Assembly (NCBI GenBank): GCA_964651415.1
Contig: CAZYZA010000001.1
Location: forward strand, 40,274-104,273
Source of the DNA: an uncultured Desulfovibrionaceae bacterium
GTDB taxonomy: Bacteria; Desulfobacterota; Desulfovibrionia; Desulfovibrionales; Desulfomicrobiaceae
DNA length: 64,000 bases
Direction: 5' to 3'
Made by a program: the position numbers and the translations under genes. The notes beneath the pieces are model-generated. The model did not search any database. It was not told the origin of the DNA and saw only the letters and a list, made by a program, of their open reading frames with translations. This document shows positions 45,002 to 55,920 of this stretch, piece after piece. Numbering within the stretch: position 1 is the first letter of the stretch; every line of letters begins with the position of its first letter.

Positions 45002-46359
45002 TGCTCCTCCAGCGGGGCGAGCAGGGCGTCGCGCAGGGCCTCGTCCAGGGTGGGATGGGCGAAAATGTGCTGATGGGCGGTTTCCCTGGTCCAGCCGTCG
45101 CGAACCATGATTTCGGCCAGGGTGACCAGATGGGAGGCTGCGTGCCCCACGGCGCTGACACTGCACACCTTGTCCTCAATCCAGACGACCTTGACCAGCC
45201 CCTGGGCCTGGCCGTGGGCCTGGGAAATGGGATTGGCGCCGAGGTTGGCGCGGGAAATCCGGATTTCGCGGCCGGCGGCAGCCAGCTCGGCCGCGGTCTG
45301 TCCGACACGCATGACCTCGATGGAGCCGTAGATGCAGCCGGGCATGGGGCCGGGATCGTAGGCCTTGTCCGTTTCGCCCAGAGCGTGCAGCACGGCGTAT
45401 CTGGCCTGGTGTTCGGCCGCATGGGCCAGCAGGGTGCGGCCGTTGACGTCGCCGACGGCATAGATGCCCGCAGCGGCCCGTAGGCAGTCATCGGTTTGTA
45501 TCCAGCCCCGACCGGCAACGGTTATTGCGGCCCCGTCAAGACCCAATCCGTCCGTGTTTGGCGTCCGACCCACGGCCACCAGGGCTTTGTCCGTGCGGAT
45601 CTCCGTTCCATCGGCCAGTCTGGTCACCACGGATTGACCGTCGTTGACCAGCCCGGCCACGGCCTGACCGGTCACGATGTGCCATTTTTTGCGCTTGAGC
45701 ATCAGGGACAGGGTCTGAGCGATTTCGCCGTCCTCGGTCGGGGCGATCTGCGGGGCGGCCTCGATCAGATGTATTTCCGCGCCCAGTCGGTGCCAGAAGT
45801 CGGCCATTTCCAGGCCGATGGCTCCGGCGCCGATCACGGCCAGGCTGGCCGGAGCCTGATCCAGATCGAGCAGGTCCGTGGAGTCGAGAATGCGCTGATG
45901 GTCAGGGGCGAGGGCGGGAAAGACGGCCGGACGCGAGCCCGTGGCGATGATCAGCACGTTGAAGCCAAGGGGCTCTGAGTTTTGGTCCGCAATCTGCAAT
46001 GTGCGATGTTTCGTCAGGACGGCCCGGCCCTCGATCAGGGTCACGCCGTGTTTTTCCAGACAGCACCGCATGGCTTTGTGGGTGGCGGAAACAAAGGCAT
46101 TCTTGCGCTTTTTGAGGGCCGGCATGTCCATCCGGACCTGGCCGGTGCACAGGCGCAGCCGTGACTGGGCGTGCAATCCGTCGATATGTGCAGTCGCGCC
46201 GAGATAGAGTTTGGTGGGGATGCAGCCCCAGTTGAGGCAGGTCCCGCCGAGGTTTTGTTTTTCGATCAGGGCGACCGTTTTTCCTCTTTGACTGGCGAGC
46301 AGAGCTGCGGCATAACCGCCCGGACCTGCTCCTATGACAATGATGTCAAAATGAGGCAT
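44998..46359 (-). CDS. Dihydrolipoyl dehydrogenase-family flavoprotein disulfide reductase
   Basis: DIIVIGAGPGGYAAA, redox disulfide GGTCLNWGCIPTK, and C-terminal HAHPTLDEAL. 453 aa. No E1/E2 partner genes lie nearby. Confidence 0.82.
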   Translation of the reverse strand: MPHFDIIVIGAGPGGYAAALLASQRGKTVALIEKQNLGGTCLNWGCIPTKLYLGATAHIDGLHAQSRLRLCTGQVRMDMPALKKRKNAFVSATHKAMRCCLEKHGVTLIEGRAVLTKHRTLQIADQNSEPLGFNVLIIATGSRPAVFPALAPDHQRILDSTDLLDLDQAPASLAVIGAGAIGLEMADFWHRLGAEIHLIEAAPQIAPTEDGEIAQTLSLMLKRKKWHIVTGQAVAGLVNDGQSVVTRLADGTEIRTDKALVAVGRTPNTDGLGLDGAAITVAGRGWIQTDDCLRAAAGIYAVGDVNGRTLLAHAAEHQARYAVLHALGETDKAYDPGPMPGCIYGSIEVMRVGQTAAELAAAGREIRISRANLGANPISQAHGQAQGLVKVVWIEDKVCSVSAVGHAASHLVTLAEIMVRDGWTRETAHQHIFAHPTLDEALRDALLAPLEEQ

Positions 46360-46573
46360 GTGGGTTCTCTTTTTGGTTTAATGGTGGCAACGAAGACAGG
46401 AATCGTATTTGTTTAATCCAGGGCAGGGTGGAACTCAACCCTAGACGGTCAAGACAAGATTCGTCCTGCCGAAGCGTCGGTCACGCACCGATAATGGGAT
46501 AAGGATGTCGAACATCAATTCGCTATGTGAAGATCAGTGCTTTGCCGCCGGGGCCAAGCCATATGGAGATTCG

Positions 46574-47350
46574 ATGCAGGATACGCAAAAGAAGCAGAGC
46601 GGTGGAAAGCGCAAAGGAGTCGCCTCGCTCTTCGATGATTATGAAATCAAGGATTTGTTCCGTCGGTATGTGCAGCTCCTCATTGTTGTCGAGGTGCTGA
46701 TCTTTCTGGTGTGCTGGGTCTATCAACTCGGGCTGGACGAGGTGGCGGTCACGGGCAAGCCCGTGGATATCCCGTTTCCGTGGAAAGCATACTTCCTGGT
46801 GTCCTTTGCCGCACCTTTAGCCGTGACCTTTCTGGTCGGGATCGTGGTTCTGGCCTTCAATTCCTTTCTGTACGGCCAGCGGGGCACTCCCATCTTCAAA
46901 GAGGACGGTTCCGACGGCACGTCGAGCAAGCTGGCCCGCATCGCCAATTTTTGCTTCCAGCTCCCTTTTTTGCTGACCCTGTTTTTGCTGGGAGTACTGC
47001 TTGGCGTTGTCTACAACATGAACGAGATTCTGCTTTTTCTGGGACGCTTCGGCGAGGCGGCGGCCAAATTCGTGCTCATCGGCCTGGGCTGCGTGCTGGT
47101 GGCCGGGACCATTTTCGGCGTGGTGCGGATGGTGCTCAACTATAAGCTGCGCAAGAAAAACATGGAGTACGAGTACAAGCGTGAGGTCATGGAACGCCTG
47201 GGTATCGCCATTCTGGATGAAAAGACCATGATTGACAGCAACGGTCAGATGGTCGGACCACGTCAGATCGACGTTTCGCCCCGCAACTCCAATGTGCTGC
47301 CTCCCTCTGCTGCGGACGACGTGGCCAAGGGCAAACCAGACGTGCTGTGA
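46574..47350 (+). CDS. Hypothetical integral membrane protein
   Basis: Four predicted TM helices. ATG at 46574 is preceded by GGAGA (the ORF-track start is at 46505). It is followed by a strong terminator. Confidence 0.5.
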   Translation: MQDTQKKQSGGKRKGVASLFDDYEIKDLFRRYVQLLIVVEVLIFLVCWVYQLGLDEVAVTGKPVDIPFPWKAYFLVSFAAPLAVTFLVGIVVLAFNSFLYGQRGTPIFKEDGSDGTSSKLARIANFCFQLPFLLTLFLLGVLLGVVYNMNEILLFLGRFGEAAAKFVLIGLGCVLVAGTIFGVVRMVLNYKLRKKNMEYEYKREVMERLGIAILDEKTMIDSNGQMVGPRQIDVSPRNSNVLPPSAADDVAKGKPDVL

Positions 47351-47399
47351 TCGTCGCGGCCCTGCGCCGTCTGCCCCGGAGTGTCTGCTCCCCTTCAAA

Positions 47400-47423
47400 A
47401 GCCCGGTTCGCCGGGCTTTTTTC
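47400..47423 (+). terminator. Rho-independent terminator
   Basis: AGCCCGG-ttcg-CCGGGCT followed by TTTTTT, 50 nt after the stop at 47350. An A-tract upstream means it could act bidirectionally. Confidence 0.78.
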
Positions 47424-47601
47424 GTCCGCGCCCGCCGGGACGTCCGCGTCCATTTCCGCTTTTGTCGTCCTTTTGTCACACAGCTGTCATCACCAGGCTG
47501 CAAACAACGATCAGTCCCCACCTTACGTTTGTGGCAACAAGGCGGACAATGCCACGCTCCGGGCCGTGGGTGCCTGTGAGAAACCACCGCAGGCAGCAGT
47601 A

Positions 47602-49752
47602 ATGATAGGAATTCAAACCAAGATATCGATTCTGACCGTAGCCATTGTTCTTGTGACAGTCGTGTGTCTTTCGGTTTCCCAGATCTACCTGGCCAACAAC
47701 GACGCCCTGGCCAAGGGGCGCGAAGGTCTGGGGACAATTTCGGCCATGCTGGGGGAATCCGTGGCGTTGCAGCACACCCTGATGCAAGACAAGGTACGGA
47801 TCGACCGCGACATCATGCGCACCCAGTTTGCCCTGAGCGGCTTTCCCATTCCCGAAGTGCTGATGGACGCCGAGCTGGACCTGATCCCGCAGGAGGGTGG
47901 GGAGTCCGGACCGCAGATTCTTCCGGCCATGAAACACGGCTCCGTATATCTGCACGAAAACGCGGACGTGGTCCGCAAGGTCGCCCAATTGACCGGCGGA
48001 GTCGCTTCTGTGCTGCAGATGCACGACGGCAGGCTGGTGCGCATTTCCATGTCGGATGAAATCCCGCAGACCTTCTGGCGACAGGGCTCGTACATGACGG
48101 CCGATCATCCGGCCTATGCGGCCGTAGAGGCCGGGCAGGGATGGGAAGGCCTGGCCTATCTTGGCGGACAGTGGCGTCTGGTCGCCTATGAACCGTTCAC
48201 GGACCTGAGCGGAGATCAGGTTTTGGGAGCTCTGGAAATCGCCCATCCGCTGATCAGCGAGGCCTTTGCCAGCTATGTACGCAAAGTCGGGATCGGAGGA
48301 CAGGGTGGAACAATGGCCTTTGACGGCCAGGGGCGAACCGTCATCGACAGTCCGGAGATTCGGGATATCGGAAGCCTTGTCGACGGATCTGACCGGGAAA
48401 ATGGCCACTTCCGGGTTACGTCGGAGCAGGGCCGACAGCTGGAAATTGCCCTGGAGACCTTTGCCCCTTGGGGCATGACCTTTGCGACCTGGGTCGCCAC
48501 CGAGGACCTCATGGCCGGAGTGCAGGAGCGTCTGGTCAGCAATGCCCTGATCGGCATGATTTTTCCGCTGGTGCTTTCCGTGATTCTCATCGGCCTGGCG
48601 GTTCGCGTTCTGCTGGCCCCGGTCAGGCGCATGGCCCAGCTGGCCGAGGACGTGGCCGGGGGCAATTACACGGCGACCATCAGCTATCCGGCGCGGGATC
48701 CGTTGGGGCATCTGGCCGGAGCCCTGAATCTGATGGTCGCCAAGAGTCGGGAGGTGCTGCAGGAAATCGTCGCGGCCTCCGGTTCTCTGTCCGGGGCGTC
48801 GACAGCTCTGGGCGCGGCCGCTGACGGTCTTTTGGTCAATTCGGCCGGTACGGCCCGGCAAGCGCAGACCGCGTTTCAGTCGGCCAGCGGAGTCAGCGAA
48901 AATATGCACTCGGTGTCTGCGGCCATGGAGCAGGCCACGGTCAATGTCGGAATGGTGGCCGCATCAACCACCGAGCTGGCGGCGACCATCCAGGGGGTGG
49001 CCCAGAGCGCCGATCTGGCCAAACGCACGACAGCCGACGCCGTATCCAGGGCCGGAGAATCCGCCCGCTCCATGGCGCAGCTCCGGCAGGCGGCCAAGGA
49101 CATCAACGCGGTCAGCGCGACCATTGCCGCCATTTCCTCCCAGACCAACCTCCTGGCCCTGAACGCGACCATCGAGGCTGCCCGGGCCGGCACCGCCGGA
49201 CGCGGATTTGCCGTGGTGGCCGGGGAAATCAAGGAATTGTCCCGCCAGACCTCCGAGGCCACGGACAGCATCAAGGGCATGGTGCAGTCCATCCAGGCCG
49301 TATCGGATGTCGCCGGCCGGGAACTGGCGGCGATCATTGCCGTCATCGACGAGGTCAACGAGATCATCGCCTCCATTTCCGAGACCATAGAAGAGCAGAG
49401 CGGGATGACCGGCGATATTTCCGCCAGCATCAATCAGGCGGCGAAGGGGCTGCATGAAATTTCGGCCAATGTGGCCCTCAGTTCGTCCATGACCCGCGAA
49501 ATCAGCCATGAGGTCGCGGGCGTGCTGGACAGTTCCAGGCACATGCAGAGCGAGAGCGACGTGGTCCAGCAGCGGGCGGAAAGCCTGGCCGGGCTGGCCG
49601 CTGATCTGCAGTCTCTGGTCAGTCGGTTCCGATTCGACACCTCCGAACCTCGGGACGTGGCGCAGGAGCCTCCACAGCATCAGGCTCGGGCGGTCTCTCG
49701 GTCAGGAGATTCGGATCCTGAGCAGATCGCCCCGTTGCATATCGCGGCTTGA
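47602..49752 (+). CDS. Methyl-accepting chemotaxis protein with a large periplasmic sensor domain
   Basis: ATG at 47602 ([21 protein letters not shown]). Second TM plus HAMP at about aa 330-400. Signalling hairpin [32 protein letters not shown]. The ORF-track start at 47347 is an extension through the terminator. Confidence 0.88.
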   Translation: MIGIQTKISILTVAIVLVTVVCLSVSQIYLANNDALAKGREGLGTISAMLGESVALQHTLMQDKVRIDRDIMRTQFALSGFPIPEVLMDAELDLIPQEGGESGPQILPAMKHGSVYLHENADVVRKVAQLTGGVASVLQMHDGRLVRISMSDEIPQTFWRQGSYMTADHPAYAAVEAGQGWEGLAYLGGQWRLVAYEPFTDLSGDQVLGALEIAHPLISEAFASYVRKVGIGGQGGTMAFDGQGRTVIDSPEIRDIGSLVDGSDRENGHFRVTSEQGRQLEIALETFAPWGMTFATWVATEDLMAGVQERLVSNALIGMIFPLVLSVILIGLAVRVLLAPVRRMAQLAEDVAGGNYTATISYPARDPLGHLAGALNLMVAKSREVLQEIVAASGSLSGASTALGAAADGLLVNSAGTARQAQTAFQSASGVSENMHSVSAAMEQATVNVGMVAASTTELAATIQGVAQSADLAKRTTADAVSRAGESARSMAQLRQAAKDINAVSATIAAISSQTNLLALNATIEAARAGTAGRGFAVVAGEIKELSRQTSEATDSIKGMVQSIQAVSDVAGRELAAIIAVIDEVNEIIASISETIEEQSGMTGDISASINQAAKGLHEISANVALSSSMTREISHEVAGVLDSSRHMQSESDVVQQRAESLAGLAADLQSLVSRFRFDTSEPRDVAQEPPQHQARAVSRSGDSDPEQIAPLHIAA

Positions 49753-49944
49753 TGCCGAAACAGGCGACAGATCAGCGCGGCTCGTCAAAATAACGCTGTC
49801 CGTTGGTGAAGAGACCGTGGTCCGGAAAGCGCATCCTTGTTTCCCCTTCTTGATTTGGGCTCCACTTTTACATGGAATTGCGATAGCGCATCGGTGAAAG
49901 ACGTTGCCTGGAGCTTGATCGCATCAATAAAGGAGGAAAACATC

Positions 49945-50490
49945 ATGCGCGACAACCAAGACAAATCCGGAGGCTGGAATCCCTATCTGGCCGGGGCCCT
50001 GGTCGGACTACTGGCCATTGTCTCGGCCTATGCCACCACTGCCTGGCTGGGTAAAACCACATATCTCGGCGCTTCAACCACGTTTGTCCGTGGTGCGGGA
50101 TTTATCGAGCAACAGTTTGCGCCGGATCACGTTCAGGCCAATGAATATTTTGCCACGTCAAAAATTCGCGTCGACTGGCAGTTCATGTTTGTGCTCGGTA
50201 TTTTCGCCGGAGCGTTCATTGCCTCATCCACGGACAAGAGTTTCAAGCTGGAAGCCGTGCCGCCGAAATGGAAAGAGCGCTTCGGGCCGTCCGTGGGCAA
50301 GCGGGCGGTGGGCGCTTTTCTCGGCGGGGTGGTGGCCATGTTCGGGGCCCGGCTGGCCGATGGGTGCCCCAGCGGACACGGACTAAGCGGCATGATGCAG
50401 CTTTCCCTCAGCGCCTTTGTCGCCCTGGCCATGTTTTTCGGGGTGGGCATTGCCGTGGCGGCCATGGTTTACGGCAGGAGGTCGAAATGA
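49945..50490 (+). CDS. YeeE/YedE-family sulfur-compound transporter, half 1
   Basis: ATG at 49945 is preceded by AAGGAGGA. Conserved GCPSGHG-type motif (LADGCPSGHGLSG). Confidence 0.75.
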   Translation: MRDNQDKSGGWNPYLAGALVGLLAIVSAYATTAWLGKTTYLGASTTFVRGAGFIEQQFAPDHVQANEYFATSKIRVDWQFMFVLGIFAGAFIASSTDKSFKLEAVPPKWKERFGPSVGKRAVGAFLGGVVAMFGARLADGCPSGHGLSGMMQLSLSAFVALAMFFGVGIAVAAMVYGRRSK

Positions 50491-51017
50491 GCACGGAACA
50501 GATTCTCGGTCTGGTCACGGGCATCCTTTTTGGATTTCTCCTGCAAAAGGGCAGGGTGTTGCGCTTTGAAAAACAGGTCGGAGCCATGCTGCTGCAGGAC
50601 ATGACCATTCTCAAGTTCATGCTCTCGGCCATTGCCGTCGGCATGGTCGGCGTGGCGGCCTTGGCGTCGGCCGAAATCATCACCTTGAGCCACAAACCCA
50701 TGAACATCGGAGCCATTGTTGTCGGCGGAGCTTTTTTTGGAGCGGGCTGGGCCATCCTGGGCTTTTGTCCCGGCACGTCCGTCGGCGCTCTGGGAGAAGG
50801 GCGGTGGCACGCCATTTTCGGCATTGCCGGAATGATCACCGGGGCCGGAATCTATGCCGAGTTGTATCCGATGCTGAAAACCACAGTGTTGGCCTGGGGC
50901 GATTACGGCAAGATCGGGGTGCCCGATGCGCTTGGTTTGTCGCCGTGGGTGGTCATCGCGCTGTTCATCGGGGTGATGCTGGCCCTTTTCCGCTGGTTTG
51001 AGCGCAAAGGGCTGTAA
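50487..51017 (+). CDS. YeeE/YedE-family sulfur-compound transporter, half 2
   Basis: ATG at 50487 overlaps the upstream stop (ATGA) after GGAGG. Motif GFCPGTSVGALG. Confidence 0.75.
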   Translation: MSTEQILGLVTGILFGFLLQKGRVLRFEKQVGAMLLQDMTILKFMLSAIAVGMVGVAALASAEIITLSHKPMNIGAIVVGGAFFGAGWAILGFCPGTSVGALGEGRWHAIFGIAGMITGAGIYAELYPMLKTTVLAWGDYGKIGVPDALGLSPWVVIALFIGVMLALFRWFERKGL

Positions 51018-51185
51018 CCCCCGACCGCAAGAAACTCACGAGCGTCTTGATGGAAAAGACAGCTTTTCACGTTTGACCGACCACTGTCGACCGTGCAGAC
51101 GGGCTGTTTCACCGCCCCGGGCAAGGCAGAGTGCCGCACAGGGTGGTGGAACAGCCCTGGTTCTTTTCATCCCGCCCCTTCCTCA

Positions 51186-52307
51186 TCAGCACTGTCCTCC
51201 ATCCAGACAACGTTCTTGTTTGACCAGGGCCTGAACTTCGGCCGTACTCAGGGGGCGGCCGGACCGTCCGGCCTGGTGGCGGATGGTTTTGACCAGATTC
51301 GTCAGGCAGTGCAGGGGGCCGGTTGCGCCCATCTGTTCCAAGATGGCCCGCACCGCGCCCCGGCCGGCCTTCGCTCCCACGGCCAGCCGTCGTCTGGCTC
51401 CGGTCTGGGCAGGGTCGTAGGGTTCGAACAGGGCCGGGTTTTTCAGGATTCCATCCACATGCAGGCCTGATTCGGCGGCGAAAATATCCTCTCCGGCCAC
51501 GGGCCGGTTGCGGGCCACGGGGATGCGGGCGTGTCCGGATACCAGCTCGCACAGTTCGCGAACCACGTTCATGTCGTACACTTCGTAGCCCTGCACCAGC
51601 CGGAGATGCCCGGCCACTTCCTCCAGGGCCGCGATGCCCGATCTCTCCCCGATACCCAGTACCGAAACATCGGCCCATTGCGCCCCGGCGGCCAGGGCCG
51701 TGATGGCGTTGGCCGTGGCCATGCCGAAGTCGTTGTGGCAATGCACGGCGATTTCCATCTCGACCCTGTCCGCAAAGAAACGGACCAGTTCGCGGATGCG
51801 ATCCGGAGTCATGACCCCCAGGGTGTCGGCCAGACGGATGCGCACCGCCCCGAGGCTTGCGGCCATGCGGGCCATGGACAGGGCGAAATTCTGGTCGGCG
51901 CGGGTCACGTCTTCCAGACCGATGCTGATGCGGCGGATGCCGCAGGAGTGGGCCATACCCAAGGTTTCGCGCAGCATGGCGGTCAATCCGTCGCGATCTG
52001 TGCGCAGGCGCTCCTGGATGTGCAGGTCGGACACGGGCAGTCCGATGCTCAGGGTGTCGATGCCCAATCCGGCGGCGCGGTAGATATCGACCGGACGACA
52101 CGGAGACCAGACGCTCACGTCGCAGACAGCCCCCCTGGCCCGCAGGGACTTGACCAGTTCCGCCAGCCCATCCTGACCGACCCAGCCGACTTCGATCTCT
52201 TCCACGCCCAGATCCGCAATCCGCCCGGCAATCTGAATGCGGGCTTCCTGCGGAACGTAGGTTTCAAACATTTGCGCTCCTTCTCTGAGCGTCGTGTCGA
52301 TCAGCAT
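51186..52307 (-). CDS. nifV: Homocitrate synthase
   Basis: HMGL-like: MLIDTTLREGAQ...HCHNDFGMATANA...GIGERSG. 373 aa. It is divergent from nifH, with its own sigma54-like promoter. RBS GGAGGAG. Confidence 0.8.
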   Translation of the reverse strand: MLIDTTLREGAQMFETYVPQEARIQIAGRIADLGVEEIEVGWVGQDGLAELVKSLRARGAVCDVSVWSPCRPVDIYRAAGLGIDTLSIGLPVSDLHIQERLRTDRDGLTAMLRETLGMAHSCGIRRISIGLEDVTRADQNFALSMARMAASLGAVRIRLADTLGVMTPDRIRELVRFFADRVEMEIAVHCHNDFGMATANAITALAAGAQWADVSVLGIGERSGIAALEEVAGHLRLVQGYEVYDMNVVRELCELVSGHARIPVARNRPVAGEDIFAAESGLHVDGILKNPALFEPYDPAQTGARRRLAVGAKAGRGAVRAILEQMGATGPLHCLTNLVKTIRHQAGRSGRPLSTAEVQALVKQERCLDGGQC

Positions 52308-52334
52308 AACTCCTCCCGGGTTTGGCTGATGAAA

Positions 52335-52350
52335 TGCACATGCAGTGCCA
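52335..52350 (-). promoter_or_regulatory. Probable sigma54 promoter of nifV
   Basis: The reverse strand reads TGGCACtgcatGTGCA, with correct GG-N10-GC spacing and a -12 element GTGCA instead of TTGCA. It lies ~28 nt upstream of the nifV ATG (52307). Confidence 0.55.
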
Positions 52351-52540
52351 CAGCAGGGCCGGGCAGGCAGCTGCCGTCCTGATTGGCTTGGCCGCCGTCG
52401 GCGCTGTCAACGCTTTCCGACGCTAATGTCTGAAACTACAATTTTGTACGTGTAGACTGTGTAGGTTGGCTTGCTCCGGCTAGCCGGGCTTGCAGTGAAA
52501 AATTATTATATTACAGGATAATATGATTGTTTTTTCGTTT

Positions 52541-52556
52541 TGGCACGACCATTGCC
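52541..52556 (+). promoter_or_regulatory. Sigma54 (-24/-12) promoter of the nifH operon
   Basis: TGGCACgaccaTTGCc is an exact match to TGGCAC-N5-TTGC. It lies ~60 nt upstream of the nifH ATG (52615) and is preceded by an AT-rich tract (52499-52540). Confidence 0.78.
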
Positions 52557-52602
52557 CTAGCGGTGTCAGGTACGGGACAGAAATTGTGAAAACCTCACCT
52601 AA

Positions 52603-53445
<843 letters not shown>

Positions 53446-53505
53446 TTGGTCGGATGACACAATACATTTCATTACATCACATCGAACTCACAGGAGAGAA
53501 AACAT

Positions 53506-53847
53506 ATGATCATGGTCAGAGCAATTGTACGGCCCGAAAAAGCGGATGATGTCCTGGCAGCCCTCATGGACGCGGGTTTTCCGGCAGTGACCAAGTATTC
53601 CGTGGCCGGTCGCGGCAAGCAGCGCGGCATCAAGATCGGCGAAGTGACCTACGACGAGATCCCCAAGACCATGCTGATGAGCGTCGTCAACACCGCGGAC
53701 AAGGATTTTGTCATCAGCGTGATCATGAAAGCCGCCCGCAGCGGAGCCAAGGGCGCGTTCGGCGACGGCAAGATCTTCGTCAGTCCGGTCGAGGACGTCT
53801 ACACCATCAGCTCCGGTGTTTGTGATTCCGCATCCGAAGGAGTCTAG
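53506..53847 (+). CDS. nifI1: PII-family nitrogenase regulator NifI1
   Basis: GlnB-like MIMVRAIVRPEKADDV...GRGKQRG...GDGKIFV. It sits between nifH and nifD. Confidence 0.85.
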   Translation: MIMVRAIVRPEKADDVLAALMDAGFPAVTKYSVAGRGKQRGIKIGEVTYDEIPKTMLMSVVNTADKDFVISVIMKAARSGAKGAFGDGKIFVSPVEDVYTISSGVCDSASEGV

Positions 53848-53849
53848 CC

Positions 53850-54224
53850 ATGAAAGAAGTGATCGCGGTCATCCGCATGAACATGATGAACAAGACCAAA
53901 AAAGCGTTGCAGGACGCCGGTGTGGTGGCCTTCTTCGCTCATGAGGCCTTTGGGCGCGGCAAGGGATTGGTTGATCTCAAGCCGCTGGAAGGGGCCAAGA
54001 AAGGAATCGAGGAAGCGGTGGCCGTACTCGGGGAAAAGGGCAAGCTCTATCCCAAGCGCATGTTGACCGTGGTCGTGACTGACGACCTGGTGCCCGAGGT
54101 GGTCAAGGTCATCACCGATGTGAACAAGACCGGACAGCCCGGCGACGGCAAGATTTTCGTTCTGCCCATGCTTGATGCGGTCAGAGTCAGAACCGGAGAA
54201 AAGGGCGCCAAGTCCATTGAATAG
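53850..54224 (+). CDS. nifI2: PII-family nitrogenase regulator NifI2
   Basis: GlnB-like MKEVIAVIR...GRGKG...(extended T-loop)...GDGKIFVLP. 124 aa. Confidence 0.85.
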   Translation: MKEVIAVIRMNMMNKTKKALQDAGVVAFFAHEAFGRGKGLVDLKPLEGAKKGIEEAVAVLGEKGKLYPKRMLTVVVTDDLVPEVVKVITDVNKTGQPGDGKIFVLPMLDAVRVRTGEKGAKSIE

Positions 54225-54267
54225 AGCCGGTTTTCCCGCAGAAACCCGGACACACAAGGAGTACAAC

Positions 54268-55908
54268 ATGCCATCGACTGCAAAGAAGCTCGTCAACTGG
54301 ACGCCCACGGACATCAAGGCGGACATGCTCGCCAAGTATCCGCCCAAGGTGGCCCGCAAGCGCGCCTCGCAGATTCTGATCAACGAGGCCCTGGGCAACG
54401 AAACCCCGGAAATTTCGGCCAACGTGCGGACCATCCCCGGCATCATCACCATGCGCGGCTGCACCTATGCCGGGTGCAAGGGCGTTATCCTGGGGCCGAC
54501 CCGCGACATCGTCAATATCACCCACGGCCCCATCGGCTGCGGATTCTATTCCTGGCTGACCCGCCGCAATCAGACCGACGCGTCCGGCGAAGGCGACGAA
54601 AACTTCATGACCTACTGCTTTTCCACGGACATGCAGGACCAGGACATCATCTTCGGCGGCGAAAAGAAGCTGGAAGCGGCCATCCAGGAGGCCTACGACC
54701 TCTTTCACCCCAAGGCCATCGCCATATTCGCCACCTGTCCGGTCGGTCTGATCGGCGACGACATCCATGCCGTGGCCCGCAAGATGAAGGCCAAGTTCGG
54801 CGATTGCAATGTCTTTGCTTTCAGCTGTGAAGGCTACAAGGGCGTCAGTCAGTCGGCCGGTCACCATATCGCCAACAACCAGGTCTTTACCCATGTGGTC
54901 GGCGAAAAGGACGAGGCGGTCAAAGGCGAATTCAAGATCAACCTGCTCGGGGAATACAATATCGGCGGCGACGGCTTCGAGATCGACCGCATCCTCAAGA
55001 AGTGCGGCATCACCAACATCGCCACCTTTTCCGGCAACTCGACCTACGACCAGTTCGCCACGGCCCATCAGGCCGACCTGTCCTGCGTCATGTGTCACCG
55101 CTCCATCAACTACGTGGCCGACATGCTGGAGACCAAGTACGGCATTCCGTGGATCAAGGTGAACTTCATCGGCGCGAAATCCACGGCCAAGTCCCTGCGC
55201 AAGATTGCGGAATACTTCGGCAACCCCGATCTGACCGCCCGCGTGGAAGAAGTCATTGCCGAGGAAATGCCCGAAGTCGAAGCGGTGGTGACCGACGTGC
55301 GCTCCCGGACCGAAGGCAAGACCGCCATGCTTTTTGTCGGTGGTTCCCGCGCCCATCACTATCAGGATCTCTTTGCCGAAATGGGCATGAAGACCCTGGC
55401 CGCCGGTTACGAATTTGCCCACCGCGACGACTACGAAGGCCGGGAAGTCATTCCCAACCTCAAAGTCGACGCCGACAGCCGCAACATCGAGGAAATCGAG
55501 GTTGAAGCCGATCCCAATCGCTTCAAGCCGCGCAAGACCAGCGAGGAGATGCAGAAACTGCAGGCCGCCGGATACAAGTTCAAGGAATACGACGGCATGA
55601 TCCCGGACATGGATCACCAGACGTTCATTATCGACGATCTCAATCAGTACGAAGCGGAAAAGCTGGTCGAGATTCTGCGACCCGACATTTTCTGCGCCGG
55701 CATCAAGGAAAAGTTCTCCATTCAGAAGCTGGGCATCCCCATGAAGCAGCTGCACAGCTACGACTCCGGCGGCCCGTATGCCGGATTCCAGGGCGCGATC
55801 AATTTCTACAAAGAGATCGACCGCCTCGTGAACAGCAAGGTCTGGAGCTACATGAAGGCCCCCTGGCAGGAGAACCCGGAACTGTCCGCCACCTACGTGT
55901 GGGAATAA
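54268..55908 (+). CDS. nifD: Nitrogenase MoFe protein alpha chain
   Basis: ATG at 54268 is preceded by AAGGAG. GCTYAGCKGV, HGPIGCG, CHRSINY (FeMo-co Cys) and ...GYEFAHRDDY. 546 aa. Confidence 0.95.
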   Translation: MPSTAKKLVNWTPTDIKADMLAKYPPKVARKRASQILINEALGNETPEISANVRTIPGIITMRGCTYAGCKGVILGPTRDIVNITHGPIGCGFYSWLTRRNQTDASGEGDENFMTYCFSTDMQDQDIIFGGEKKLEAAIQEAYDLFHPKAIAIFATCPVGLIGDDIHAVARKMKAKFGDCNVFAFSCEGYKGVSQSAGHHIANNQVFTHVVGEKDEAVKGEFKINLLGEYNIGGDGFEIDRILKKCGITNIATFSGNSTYDQFATAHQADLSCVMCHRSINYVADMLETKYGIPWIKVNFIGAKSTAKSLRKIAEYFGNPDLTARVEEVIAEEMPEVEAVVTDVRSRTEGKTAMLFVGGSRAHHYQDLFAEMGMKTLAAGYEFAHRDDYEGREVIPNLKVDADSRNIEEIEVEADPNRFKPRKTSEEMQKLQAAGYKFKEYDGMIPDMDHQTFIIDDLNQYEAEKLVEILRPDIFCAGIKEKFSIQKLGIPMKQLHSYDSGGPYAGFQGAINFYKEIDRLVNSKVWSYMKAPWQENPELSATYVWE

Positions 55909-55920
55909 GAGGAAAACGCC

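Noticed and set aside
52308-52540. Search for the NifA upstream activator sequence TGT-N10-ACA in the nifV-nifH spacer.
   Set aside because: I checked every TGT in the spacer by hand and none is followed by ACA at +10. Only TGT-N8-ACA (52427-52440) and the reversed ACA-N10-TGT are present, so no NifA UAS is claimed.
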